A stretch of 64,000 nt of DNA from a virus: positions 1 through 64,000 of the IMG/VR virus record IMGVR_UViG_3300045988_087270, one strand, 5' to 3'. The notes beneath the pieces were generated by a model. The model saw only the letters and a program-made list of their open reading frames with translations. It had not been told where the DNA came from and made no database searches. Shown in pieces: positions 1-8,967 of the stretch. Positions within the stretch are counted from its first letter, which is position 1. Each line of letters starts with the position of its first letter. Both the position numbers and the translations under genes were made by a program.

Positions 1-33
1 GCTTTTGAAAAAGCTAAGACTAAGGAATAAAAT

Positions 34-258
34 ATGAATGGATTATTATCAATGATTGGCATGCAAACTGAATTGGACTATCTAATAGGCGATTTTCCTG
101 CGTGCTTTGGAGATACATCATTAGCTATTCCTAAAGGTAACATTTCTTCTGATAAGCAGAAGTGTCAGCAAAAGGAGCAGCATGAGTACACCATCAAGGA
201 TATTAAGATTATGGAAGCTTCTAAGAAGGATGCTATTAAAAAAGTACAATCATCGTAA
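34..258 (+). CDS. hypothetical protein
   Basis: ATG ORF of 74 aa on the coding strand; no recognisable motif. Confidence 0.4.
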   Translation: MNGLLSMIGMQTELDYLIGDFPACFGDTSLAIPKGNISSDKQKCQQKEQHEYTIKDIKIMEASKKDAIKKVQSS

Positions 259-270
259 AAAGTAAAGCGT

Positions 271-444
271 ATGGCGCAAGAAGGATGGATATGCCCTAGA
301 TGCGGAAAGGTAAACGCACCTTGGGTAATGCAATGTTCCTGCAATAGGAACACTCAGATATTACCTAAAGTAGGTGCCCCTTATTATGAAGGAGACCAAG
401 CAACGTGTAACATAGAGGATTTGATAGGATTATATTTGGAATAA
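271..444 (+). CDS. small zinc-ribbon protein (57 aa)
   Basis: ATG ORF below the track cutoff; CPRCG...CSCNR cysteine pairs; tightly packed after the upstream gene. Confidence 0.35.
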   Translation: MAQEGWICPRCGKVNAPWVMQCSCNRNTQILPKVGAPYYEGDQATCNIEDLIGLYLE

Positions 445-463
445 AAATAGGGGAGGGTTAAAT

Positions 464-685
464 ATGGCATTTCTTTGTTGTAATCCAGATGGAAAAGAGT
501 TCGTCTTTGCTCAAAAGCCTTATCGTGAAGACATTGGTGATGGTAAGCCTTATTGGGAAATGGATGCAGTTGACTATTGGTGTGAACTGCCCAAAGGACG
601 AATAAAACAATTAATAGGTCATTCTCTTACATGGGAGGATGAACCTGTTGAAAAGAACATTGAAGGTTTAGAGATATGGGTATAA
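464..685 (+). CDS. hypothetical protein, paralog of 2030-2209
   Basis: 73 aa; shares DG-E(F/Y)...AQ(K)P and C-x-(L/I)PKG-IK-LIG--L(T/S)W-DEPVE with the downstream copy. Confidence 0.45.
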   Translation: MAFLCCNPDGKEFVFAQKPYREDIGDGKPYWEMDAVDYWCELPKGRIKQLIGHSLTWEDEPVEKNIEGLEIWV

Positions 686-694
686 AAATAGAAT

Positions 695-856
695 ATGAAT
701 ATAGATGTTTTTGAACTTGTACCAGATAATGACAGACCAAGAAAAGATTGCTATGATTGTTTGGGTTGCCCACATTTAGTTGCTATTAGTGTAGATAGCA
801 AACATAATGCACCTATTGAATGTGATATTGATAGTGAGGATATATTAGAAATATAG
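695..856 (+). CDS. small Cys-rich hypothetical protein (53 aa)
   Basis: ATG ORF with CYDCLGCPH...C motif; ends TAG followed by in-frame TAA TAA. Confidence 0.3.
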   Translation: MNIDVFELVPDNDRPRKDCYDCLGCPHLVAISVDSKHNAPIECDIDSEDILEI

Positions 857-874
857 TAATAAGGAGAATAAGTA

Positions 875-1051
875 ATGAGCAAAGAAAAAGCTATCGAGAA
901 AATACAATATGCTAAAATGCAAGTTGCTTCTGTATATGCATGTTCTGCTATCTTTGATGAAAAGACAAAGGTAATAGAAGGCAGACAGAAAGAACTTGAA
1001 AAAGCGGTTGTCAATTTGCATGATGCACTTAAAGAATTGGAGGATGAATAA
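875..1051 (+). CDS. small hypothetical protein (58 aa)
   Basis: ATG preceded by AAGGAG at 861-866; stop overlaps next start (TAATG). The track minus ORF 751-1014 is probably spurious. Confidence 0.4.
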   Translation: MSKEKAIEKIQYAKMQVASVYACSAIFDEKTKVIEGRQKELEKAVVNLHDALKELEDE

Positions 1052-1383
1052 TGTATAAAATAAATATTAAAGAGTCAATTCTAGAGATTGTCGAAAAGAA
1101 TAATCTAGAAATACTCAAAATAGACTTAATGAATGATGAAGAATCTTTTGTTAGGTCTTATAATAAAGAAAGAAACAAATTTTGTAAAGCTTATACTACC
1201 CTAGAGGACTTAGATTTTGAAGTAGAATCTATCTTTATGAATGATGAGGTTCGTGGTGCAGTATATTGTAGAGATAAAAATACTAAAGAACCAGTATGGA
1301 TAGTATCTTGTGGGGATAAAGGAGGTTCTTGGTGGGAAGTTAATAGAGTTCCGGACTTTTATAAAAATAATTTAAATGGTTAG
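1051..1383 (+). CDS. hypothetical protein
   Basis: 110 aa ORF; ends TAG and is in frame with the next ORF. Confidence 0.45.
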   Translation: MYKINIKESILEIVEKNNLEILKIDLMNDEESFVRSYNKERNKFCKAYTTLEDLDFEVESIFMNDEVRGAVYCRDKNTKEPVWIVSCGDKGGSWWEVNRVPDFYKNNLNG

Positions 1384-1386
1384 AGT

Positions 1387-1797
1387 ATGCAAAAAATTTA
1401 TAAAAAAGATATTAATAAATTAATGCCTATTCTTCAAGCATTAGAAAGAGGCAAGACTATTCAGTTTGCAGTTACTGATAAAGAGTGGGTAGATCTAGAT
1501 TGTAATAAAGATGGGTTATCTCTTGAAACTCTTATAAATAATCCTCAATCTTACCGCATTAAACCAGAAATAAAGTATTATCCATTTGCTAGTGCAAAAG
1601 AATGTTGGCAAGAGATGCTGAAGCATCATCCGTTTGGATGGGTAAAAGACATGGATGGTAATAAATTTATAATTGATACTGTAAATTCAGACGGCAGTAT
1701 TTATGTTGGTGAGGAAGGAACCTATTATTTTAGTGAAGCGCTTGAAAATTATACTTTTGATGATGGTATTCCTTTTGGTGTAAAAAAGGAGAAATAG
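1387..1797 (+). CDS. hypothetical protein
   Basis: 136 aa ORF in the same frame as 1051-1383, separated by a single TAG. Confidence 0.45.
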   Translation: MQKIYKKDINKLMPILQALERGKTIQFAVTDKEWVDLDCNKDGLSLETLINNPQSYRIKPEIKYYPFASAKECWQEMLKHHPFGWVKDMDGNKFIIDTVNSDGSIYVGEEGTYYFSEALENYTFDDGIPFGVKKEK

Positions 1798-1799
1798 TT

Positions 1800-2027
1800 A
1801 TGACAGAAAAAGAATGGGAAAAAGTTCATCTTGGAAGTATAGTCGAGTACAATACAATTAATTGGGAAAGATTACTTTTTGGAGGTTTAATCTATGGTGG
1901 GTATCACGATTTATATAGAACAGAAGTCTTAGGAATACGTGCTGACAAAAAGATATATTGCAAGTTAGATGGTAAGAAAAAGCCAAGATGGTACAACATT
2001 AATAGATTTAAGTTAATAGAGGAATAG
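1800..2027 (+). CDS. hypothetical protein
   Basis: 75 aa ORF. Confidence 0.4.
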   Translation: MTEKEWEKVHLGSIVEYNTINWERLLFGGLIYGGYHDLYRTEVLGIRADKKIYCKLDGKKKPRWYNINRFKLIEE

Positions 2028-2029
2028 TT

Positions 2030-2209
2030 ATGGCATGGGTAGTAGTTGATATGGATGGTACAGAGTATATTTATAATGCACAACCTTCTAGATAAGAAAC
2101 TCGTTTTATGTCGTGCTTTGATTGTATACATATTCCAAAAGGTAGCATCAAGAAGCTCATCGGAAAAGAGTTGTCTTGGAATGATGAGCCAGTAGAACTT
2201 AAAGAATAA
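2030..2209 (+). pseudogene. interrupted paralog of 464-685 (in-frame TAA at 2093-2095)
   Basis: Reads MAWVVVDMDGTEYIYNAQPSR*ETRFMSCFDCIHIPKGSIKKLIGKELSWNDEPVELKE, homologous to the 464-685 product on both sides of the stop. Confidence 0.4.
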
Positions 2210-2210
2210 T

Positions 2211-2510
2211 ATGATATTCTATAGATTTGGTGAAATTCCTGAAGATGAATACTCATCTATATGGAATAATAATGATGAAGTAATAGGTAAAGAAAGTGGT
2301 GTATCTGTTTATGAAGCCCATAAAAATATAAATGGAACATATTCTCCTATTCTTCCATTTCCAACAAATGAGATAGCATTTAATAGTTTTATATATTATA
2401 TAAAATACTTTACTGGCAATAAATATTTAGTAACAGGTGATTTGTTAGATGAAACTGGTACTGATGGTGAACCGTTAATTAAAAATGTAAAAATATTAAA
2501 GAAATTATAG
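2211..2510 (+). CDS. hypothetical protein
   Basis: 99 aa ORF. Confidence 0.45.
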   Translation: MIFYRFGEIPEDEYSSIWNNNDEVIGKESGVSVYEAHKNINGTYSPILPFPTNEIAFNSFIYYIKYFTGNKYLVTGDLLDETGTDGEPLIKNVKILKKL

Positions 2511-2512
2511 TT

Positions 2513-2917
2513 ATGGAAATAGAAAATATAAATAATTATTCAGAAATGTCTATTGAAGACTTAGAAAAGCTTAAAATAAAGCTTTTAAGTCAAAGAGATA
2601 ATTTAGAGAATACTATAGGAGAAATAATAAATAACATAAGAGCTAAAAAACTGCAAGTTAGTAATCACGCTCTTAGAGAACATCCTTACTATAAAAATAA
2701 CACATCTTATCTAAAAGTTGTTATCAATGATGGTACTGGATATACTATAACTAAAATTACTCCTAGTGGTAAATGTATGGGGGTATATCAGTTTAATGCA
2801 GACACTATCGACTTTTTAAAATATTATAAAATCTGCTCTCAGTCTGAGTGGGATAGTGCCATAGATAGACTTAATGTATGGTTTAAAGATACTAGTTTAA
2901 AAATTAAAAAGCTATGA
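2513..2917 (+). CDS. hypothetical protein
   Basis: 134 aa ORF; stop overlaps next start (ATGA). Confidence 0.5.
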   Translation: MEIENINNYSEMSIEDLEKLKIKLLSQRDNLENTIGEIINNIRAKKLQVSNHALREHPYYKNNTSYLKVVINDGTGYTITKITPSGKCMGVYQFNADTIDFLKYYKICSQSEWDSAIDRLNVWFKDTSLKIKKL

Positions 2918-3093
2918 CAGCAGAAGAATGTATGCAACTTATGGTACATGACTTAGTAAAAGGTCATTTATCTGTAGCTGAAATAGCTGATAAATATTGT
3001 GATTGTGCTTCTTCAGAGTTAAGAGATTCATTAATCTCTCAATTAGAAGAACTCAGACGTTTATATAACTATAAAAGAATACTAAGTAAATGA
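2914..3093 (+). CDS. small hypothetical protein (59 aa)
   Basis: ATG ORF below the track cutoff filling the gap; ATGA overlaps with both neighbours. Confidence 0.4.
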   Translation: MTAEECMQLMVHDLVKGHLSVAEIADKYCDCASSELRDSLISQLEELRRLYNYKRILSK

Positions 3094-3329
3094 TTAAAGC
3101 AAAAGACGCAAAAGCTATATCTAGGTCTGCCGTATTAGACCTACATATATTAGATCAAATAAACTTTGCTATAATTAAAGAAGCTAGTAAAGGTAATTAT
3201 GCAGCTTGGATTGGTTCCATACTTCCAACAACTAATGTTGACAAATATTATGATTACCTTAAAGAGTTAGGATTTGAGATTAGTCTTCTTTATAAAGGTG
3301 AACATGGAGTTTATGTAGTTTGGAAATAA
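3090..3329 (+). CDS. hypothetical protein
   Basis: 79 aa ORF. Confidence 0.45.
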   Translation: MIKAKDAKAISRSAVLDLHILDQINFAIIKEASKGNYAAWIGSILPTTNVDKYYDYLKELGFEISLLYKGEHGVYVVWK

Positions 3330-3550
3330 AAATAAAAGATATGGATAGATTTTGGAAATTAGCAACATTTGCATTACTAGTATTTAGTATTAGTATGGTT
3401 ATTGGCAGTAATAACCTTTCGAATCAAATTGAAGAGTTACAAACAACTGTAGATAGACAGGCAAACGCTATTCAGCAACTTGAAAGAGAAAAGAATAATA
3501 CTGAAGTAACTATTCCTCAGTATTTGGATAGTTTGCCTGGTGGTGATTAA
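3320..3550 (+). CDS. small membrane protein
   Basis: 76 aa; hydrophobic helix WKLATFALLVFSISMVIGS then a coiled-coil-like tail. Confidence 0.45.
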   Translation: MEIKIKDMDRFWKLATFALLVFSISMVIGSNNLSNQIEELQTTVDRQANAIQQLEREKNNTEVTIPQYLDSLPGGD

Positions 3551-3658
3551 ATACTATAATATGAATGCAGATATTCAATTTGTAATTCTATTTTTTATTA
3601 TAATAGGAATATTAATTGTTTCTATGACTTTTTTATTATATTATATAAGTTAATTATT

Positions 3659-4282
3659 ATGTATTTAGAAGATAATAGATGGAAAAATTGGCACACCAGA
3701 TGTTCTGATACAGCCATTAAAGAGAACAAAAAAGAAGATACTAAAATAAATACAATATCAGTATCTAAGTTACTTGATTATGCTCATACTGCATTACGTA
3801 ATTGTGAGAATAATAATCTAGATCCTGATAAAGTTCCAGTATTTCTTTCTTTAGGTCGTGATGAAAACTTATATTCTAATGTAAGTTTAGCTATATGTTG
3901 TAGTAGTCAATTAGGTACTTATGTAACTTTAGGCTCTTCAGACTATTATAGAATGTTCTATGTTGCTCCAGATTCTAAACCTGAAGTAGGTGAGTATTGG
4001 AGAAGTAGAGGCATAGGTTATGATTTATCTGGTTTTGTAGTATCTAAACTAGCAGGTGAACGATTAACTAGGTTAGTTAAATATGTACTTAACACAGATG
4101 AACCTCTGTCTCATCTAGATTACAGAGAATATGAACCTAATTGGATTCAATTTAAGTTTCAAAAAGAAGAATTTAATTTAGAGTTGTTGGATAAACTTGC
4201 AAGAGAAAATGAGAATATAGTTAATGAAGCTATATTAAGACAATGTATGATTAATGATTCCGAAAAAGAAACAGATTTATAA
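3659..4282 (+). CDS. hypothetical protein
   Basis: 207 aa ORF. Confidence 0.5.
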   Translation: MYLEDNRWKNWHTRCSDTAIKENKKEDTKINTISVSKLLDYAHTALRNCENNNLDPDKVPVFLSLGRDENLYSNVSLAICCSSQLGTYVTLGSSDYYRMFYVAPDSKPEVGEYWRSRGIGYDLSGFVVSKLAGERLTRLVKYVLNTDEPLSHLDYREYEPNWIQFKFQKEEFNLELLDKLARENENIVNEAILRQCMINDSEKETDL

Positions 4283-4583
4283 TTTCTTTGATGACGGTAA
4301 ATGTTCATCAAGTAGATTATATAAAGCTTATGTAAAGAAAGTAATTCCTTTTAATAAGGCTGATATACATCTAAAAATACATTTAGTAAATAGTGCTCTT
4401 GATTATGATTGGATATGGAATGGAGATACTGATTATTTCGTTGGTTGTTATATTCCTAAGTACGACAATCATCTTATTTGGTTTGCAAGAACTAAATATA
4501 ATACATGGTTTAGTATGGATATTCAATCTAATTGGCAAGGAGGACTATTAGACGTCAATAGAGATGTTCAATTTAGTTTTTAA
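4254..4583 (+). CDS. hypothetical protein
   Basis: 109 aa ORF. Confidence 0.45.
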   Translation: MIPKKKQIYNFFDDGKCSSSRLYKAYVKKVIPFNKADIHLKIHLVNSALDYDWIWNGDTDYFVGCYIPKYDNHLIWFARTKYNTWFSMDIQSNWQGGLLDVNRDVQFSF

Positions 4584-4920
4584 CATTGTAGATCCAATAA
4601 TATTTCAATATTGCTCTTTTAGAGTATTGATATATACTATGTGGGGAAAAGAAGCTGAAGATAAAGTATTTGAAGAATATAAAAAGTTAAGAGCTATAAA
4701 ATAAATATGGAAGAACATATTGATAACTCTATTAAAATAATTGATGATATGTTACACAACATAGACATTCTTATAAATTTATTAAAGTAATTATTAAACA
4801 TTTATTAAAATAAGTAAACAAATTTGGTTGCAAGACGGCAACACTTTTAGTCAAGGTAGTTCTACAACAGTATCTCATCCTGAAGGATTACCGAAAGGTA
4901 TTTATGAAGTAAAACTCTCA

Positions 4921-5076
4921 ATGGCTGGATTTTATTTAAGTAAAATCGCTGAGTCTTTTACGTTTGATTACAAACTGTATGGTCTAAATCAAAAATTTAT
5001 TGATTATGTCTTAAAGACATATGAGAACACTACAGGAAATTTAGGTATTTTGCTTGATGGAATCAAAGGATCTGGT
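4921..5076 (+). CDS. AAA+ ATPase, exon 1 (ends in Walker A ...DGIKGSG)
   Basis: ORF ends ...LDGIKGSGK then stop. Joining GGT(5076) to AAA(6388) gives GIKGSGKTVTAKKL, a complete P-loop. Start uncertain: ATG 4921 or TTG 4828. Confidence 0.6.
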
Positions 5077-5184
5077 AAAATTTAAGCAATTTCAGTAAGC
5101 TTAAATTTTTAAAAATTTTATATTTATTTGGATTTAATAAAATTTCATATATATTATAGTAATATTAATTTTAACTATATAAAT

Positions 5185-6237
5185 ATGAAATTTGTAATTA
5201 ATGAAGAATTAGGAGAAAAAATTAAGACTTTGTACTTAATAGATGGATTAAGCTGTACTAAGATTGGTAAAGAAGTAGGATTATCTACTTCTACTATAAG
5301 TTCATTTCTAAAAAGAAATGGGATTGAAGTAGTTAATAAACAAAACAAATTATTATTTGATCTAGATAAAGATATTATTCCTAAATATGAGCAAGGAATA
5401 AGTTTATCTAAATTAGCTAAAGAGTATCATACTTCTATCCAAACTTTGTCTAGAAAATTAAAAGCTAGAGGAATTGAAATAATTAATCATCAAAATGAAA
5501 CTAAGTTTAATGAACATATCTTCGATGTTATAGATACAGAGGAGAAGGCTTATTGGCTAGGATTTATATTTGCTGATGGTTATATTTCATCAAGAGATAA
5601 TGGTTTTGAACTATCTTTAAAAGGCTCTGATATTGAACACTTACATAAATTTAATAAGTTTATGGAGCATAATAAAGATAATGTCAAATTAGGGGAAGTT
5701 AAGTATAAAGATAAAACTTTTTTAAGGTGTCGCTGGGGAATAGTTAATAAGCACTTATGGAATACTCTAAATAATTTAGGATGTACTCCAAGAAAAAGTT
5801 TAACTCTTCAATTTCCTAATATTTCTGAAGAATTAGAAATTCCTTTTATTAGAGGGTACTTCGACGGAGATGGCTGTTTAAGTTACTATTAGAAGACAAA
5901 AATTATACCAAAAGCTTCATTTTTAGGAACTAGACAATTTTTAGTAAAGATACAAGCAATATTAAATAATTTTAATATAAAAAGTTCTTTAGTAAAAGAT
6001 CCCAGAATGGAAAGTACATTAATATTAAATATATCTTCAACAAATTCTTTAGATTTTTTAGACTTAGTATATAGTAATAGTTCCATTTATTTAGACAGAA
6101 AATATAAAAGATATAAAATTTTTAAAACTTGCCGTTCTAAACAGGAATGTTTAGAATTATTAGCGGGTGAAAACGGGGAAGGCTGTGATGCTAATCCCGT
6201 GGTAAATGAAGATAGTAACGAATCTTCATCACTGTAA
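5185..6237 (+). CDS. LAGLIDADG homing endonuclease (intron-encoded) with in-frame TAG at 5890-5892
   Basis: YWLGFIFADGYISS and RGYFDGDGCLSYY motifs. The product aligns full-length to the HE at 33854-34906 across the TAG; the track splits it into 5128-5892 and 6007-6237 in the same frame. Confidence 0.65.
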
Positions 6238-6344
6238 CGCGTAGAAGTTGAAACTCTTATAAGAGAATATAATACTTCCAAGAGCGCCCGCTCTCCCAAT
6301 CATTTGAATGGAGAAAAAGGTACGCTGAGCTATAACAAATAAGA

Positions 6345-6387
6345 AGTTATAGAAATATAGATAAAAAGCTATATGATAACAATACTG
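6345..6387 (+). repeat. conserved intron 3' terminal element, copy 1 of 3
   Basis: tatagaaatatagataaaaagctatatgataacaatactg; copies at 35016-35058 and 22660-22702 with covarying stem positions. Confidence 0.7.
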
Positions 6388-7275
6388 AAAACAGTCACCG
6401 CAAAGAAACTTTGTAATCATTTACAGCTTCCTGTAATCTTAGTACAATCAATGGGCAATGATACTAATGATAAATTAATAAAATATTTATCTACAGCCAT
6501 TGATTTTGACTGTATCTTCTTCTTTGATGAATATGAGAAAGAATTTAAAGATTCTTCTGATGTTCTTTCTTTTATGGATGGCACTTATAACTCTATTTAC
6601 CGTAAGATATTTTTACTTACTACTAATGAGTTGAATGTAGATTCAAATCTTCTTGGAAGACCTTCTAGAATAAGGTATAAAAAGTCTTTCGGTAATCTTT
6701 CAGAGGAAGTTACTAGAGAATTTCTTAATGACATCTTGGAAGATAAAACTGCTATAGAAAAGGTTATAAAATTAACTCATTCTATGAATATTATTACTAT
6801 AGATTTGATTAAAGCTATAGCAACTGAAATTAATATTCATGGAATAGAGTCTCTTCCTGATATTAAAGAAACCTTTAATATTGAGTTTTCTAGTTTCGCT
6901 TATTTATATAGGGAAATACAACTTAGACATTGTGATTTAAAGTTTACTCCTGAAAATATAGATAATATATTGAAAACTTATAATAAGTATAAGGAACTTA
7001 AAAAGAAAGGTTGGGAGAAGTATTCTGATGAAGAAAAAATGTTCGATGCTAAATGGTCTGCCATATTTAGTGAGGATTATGGTTCTACTATTGAAGATAA
7101 AGAGTTAAAATATCTGAAACCTGGAGACTATTTTGATGATCAGCGTATATTAATGGTAAATGTTAAAGAAAAGTATATAGTAACTATGACTGATTATGGA
7201 TATATTATAATATATTTAATTAATAGTTGCTATTCTGCAAGTAAAGCTACAGGTCTTATAAATTATAAATTATAA
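6388..7275 (+). CDS. AAA+ ATPase, exon 2
   Basis: Begins KTVTAKKL; Walker B FFFDEYE, sensor-1 LLTTN, GRPSRIRY arginine-finger region. Confidence 0.6.
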   Translation, partial: KTVTAKKLCNHLQLPVILVQSMGNDTNDKLIKYLSTAIDFDCIFFFDEYEKEFKDSSDVLSFMDGTYNSIYRKIFLLTTNELNVDSNLLGRPSRIRYKKSFGNLSEEVTREFLNDILEDKTAIEKVIKLTHSMNIITIDLIKAIATEINIHGIESLPDIKETFNIEFSSFAYLYREIQLRHCDLKFTPENIDNILKTYNKYKELKKKGWEKYSDEEKMFDAKWSAIFSEDYGSTIEDKELKYLKPGDYFDDQRILMVNVKEKYIVTMTDYGYIIIYLINSCYSASKATGLINYKL

Positions 7276-7287
7276 AAATAAACACCC

Positions 7288-7330
7288 TTTGGAATTAACA
7301 TCAGTTAATTCTTAGATATTTAATTTTTAT
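7288..7330 (+). terminator. possible intrinsic terminator
   Basis: Hairpin gaattaac-atcag-gttaattc followed by a T-rich tract. Confidence 0.3.
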
Positions 7331-7352
7331 TATTTTAAACATTTACAAATTT

Positions 7353-8906
7353 ATGGAACATTTAGTTCTTATTGGTGTTATTGCAGTTGCTATTATTGTA
7401 CTGCTTGTTATTATTGCTATAATGTATGTTAAGGCTCCTCCTTCGATGGCTTACATTCTTTCAGGTTTTCGTAAGGAGCCACGAGTACTTATCGGGGGTG
7501 GTGGAGTAAAAATTCCTGTACTTGAACGATTGGATAAAGTATATCTTGGTCAAGTAACAGTTGATGTTAAGACTTCACAGCCAGTTCCTACTCATGATTT
7601 CTTAGATGTAATGGTAGATGCTGTATGTAAAGTTAGGGTAAAACCTGATACAGAAGGCACTAGACTTGCAGCTAAGAACTTCTTAAATATGAATTCTGCT
7701 CAGATTGCCGCTCAGGTGAAAGACTCTTTGGAGGGTAATATGCGTGAAGTAGTAGGTTCTCTCGACTTAATTAAGATTAACACTGATAGAGATGCATTCT
7801 CTGATGAAATTCAGAAGAAGGCAGCTCCTGATATGGCTAAGTTAGGTCTTGAAATTTTGTCTTGCAATATTCAGAATATTACTGATGAGAAGGGTTTGAT
7901 ACGTGACTTGGGTGCTGATAATACAGCAGCTATTCAGAAAAATGCTAAGATTACTCGTGCTAATGCTGACAGAGATGTAGCTAAGGCTCAGGCTGAGGCT
8001 GATAATGAGGCTAATGAAGCACGAGTAAAAGCTGATACCATTATTGCTGAACGTAATAATGAATTAGCTATTAAGAAAGCTGAACTGAAGAGATTGTCTG
8101 ATATTAAGAAGGCTGAATCTGATGCTGCATATAAGATTCAGCAGCAGGAGCAGCAGAAGACTATTAATATCAAGACTGTAGATGCTGATATTGAAAAGAC
8201 TCGTAAGGAGCAGATCTTGTCTGAGGAGAAGATTAAGATTAAGCAGAATGAGTATCTTGCAGATGTAAATGCTAAGGCTGATGCTGATAAGTATCAGACA
8301 GAGATTGATGCTCAAGCTGCTTTGGAGAAGCAGAAGCGTGAAGCTGAAGCTGAGGCTTATAAGGCAGAGCAGATTGCTAAAGCTGTAAAGGCTAAGGCTG
8401 AAGCTAGTCGTTATTCTCAGGAGCAAGAAGCAGCAGGTATTCGTGCTAAGGGTGAAGCTGAAGCATACGCTACTCAGCAGACTTTAACTGCTGAAGCTGA
8501 AGGTACTAAGGCTAAACTTTTGGCAGAAGCTGAAGGTGTAAAGGCTAAGGGTCTTGCAGAAGCTGAGGCTATGCAGAAGAAGGCTGAAGCATACAGTAAG
8601 TATGGTTCTATTGCTGTAATTGACATGCTTTCTAAACTTAATGAGAAAGTTCTTCCTGATATGGCTAAGTATATTGCTGAGCCTATGAGTAAGATTGGTA
8701 ATATGACAGTTTATGGAACTAATGGTTCTGAAGCTTCTGGCATTTCTGGTAATGTACCTGCTATTATTAAGCAGACTCGTGACATTGTAAAAGATGCCAC
8801 GGGTGTAGATATGGCAGACATTATGAAGGCTAACACTATTGATGCTAAGGTTAACAAGAATGTTAACGTTAATGGTGACGTAGAGAACACCAATGTAAAT
8901 GTATAA
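7353..8906 (+). CDS. SPFH/band-7 (flotillin-like) membrane protein
   Basis: N-terminal TM helix, SPFH core (GGGVKIPVLERLDKV...VDVKT..), then a long Ala/Glu/Lys-rich coiled-coil region typical of flotillin/YqiK. Confidence 0.75.
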   Translation: MEHLVLIGVIAVAIIVLLVIIAIMYVKAPPSMAYILSGFRKEPRVLIGGGGVKIPVLERLDKVYLGQVTVDVKTSQPVPTHDFLDVMVDAVCKVRVKPDTEGTRLAAKNFLNMNSAQIAAQVKDSLEGNMREVVGSLDLIKINTDRDAFSDEIQKKAAPDMAKLGLEILSCNIQNITDEKGLIRDLGADNTAAIQKNAKITRANADRDVAKAQAEADNEANEARVKADTIIAERNNELAIKKAELKRLSDIKKAESDAAYKIQQQEQQKTINIKTVDADIEKTRKEQILSEEKIKIKQNEYLADVNAKADADKYQTEIDAQAALEKQKREAEAEAYKAEQIAKAVKAKAEASRYSQEQEAAGIRAKGEAEAYATQQTLTAEAEGTKAKLLAEAEGVKAKGLAEAEAMQKKAEAYSKYGSIAVIDMLSKLNEKVLPDMAKYIAEPMSKIGNMTVYGTNGSEASGISGNVPAIIKQTRDIVKDATGVDMADIMKANTIDAKVNKNVNVNGDVENTNVNV

Positions 8907-8920
8907 ACATTAAGTATCGC

Positions 8921-8950
8921 AGAGGGAGGGATAATCTCTCCCTCTTTTTC
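8921..8950 (+). terminator. intrinsic terminator
   Basis: agagggag...ctccctct 8-bp stem followed by TTTTT. Confidence 0.6.
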
Positions 8951-8967
8951 TAACTTTTAAAAATTTT

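Larger units (their letters stand above)
5077..6387 (+). mobile_element. self-splicing intron (probable group I) with LAGLIDADG ORF, inserted at GGT^AAA of the AAA ATPase
   Basis: Exon 1 ends in U and the intron ends in G. A conserved ~150-nt 3' domain is shared with the introns at 33787-35058 and 22381-22702, including the hairpin 6355-6374 with compensatory substitutions between copies. It interrupts a P-loop that is restored exactly by splicing. Confidence 0.6.

Noticed and set aside
1800-2510. Read-through fusion of 1800-2027 with 2211-2510 across a frame containing only TAG stops
   Set aside because: The intervening translation is not protein-like and overlaps the clearly coding paralog frame 2030-2209.
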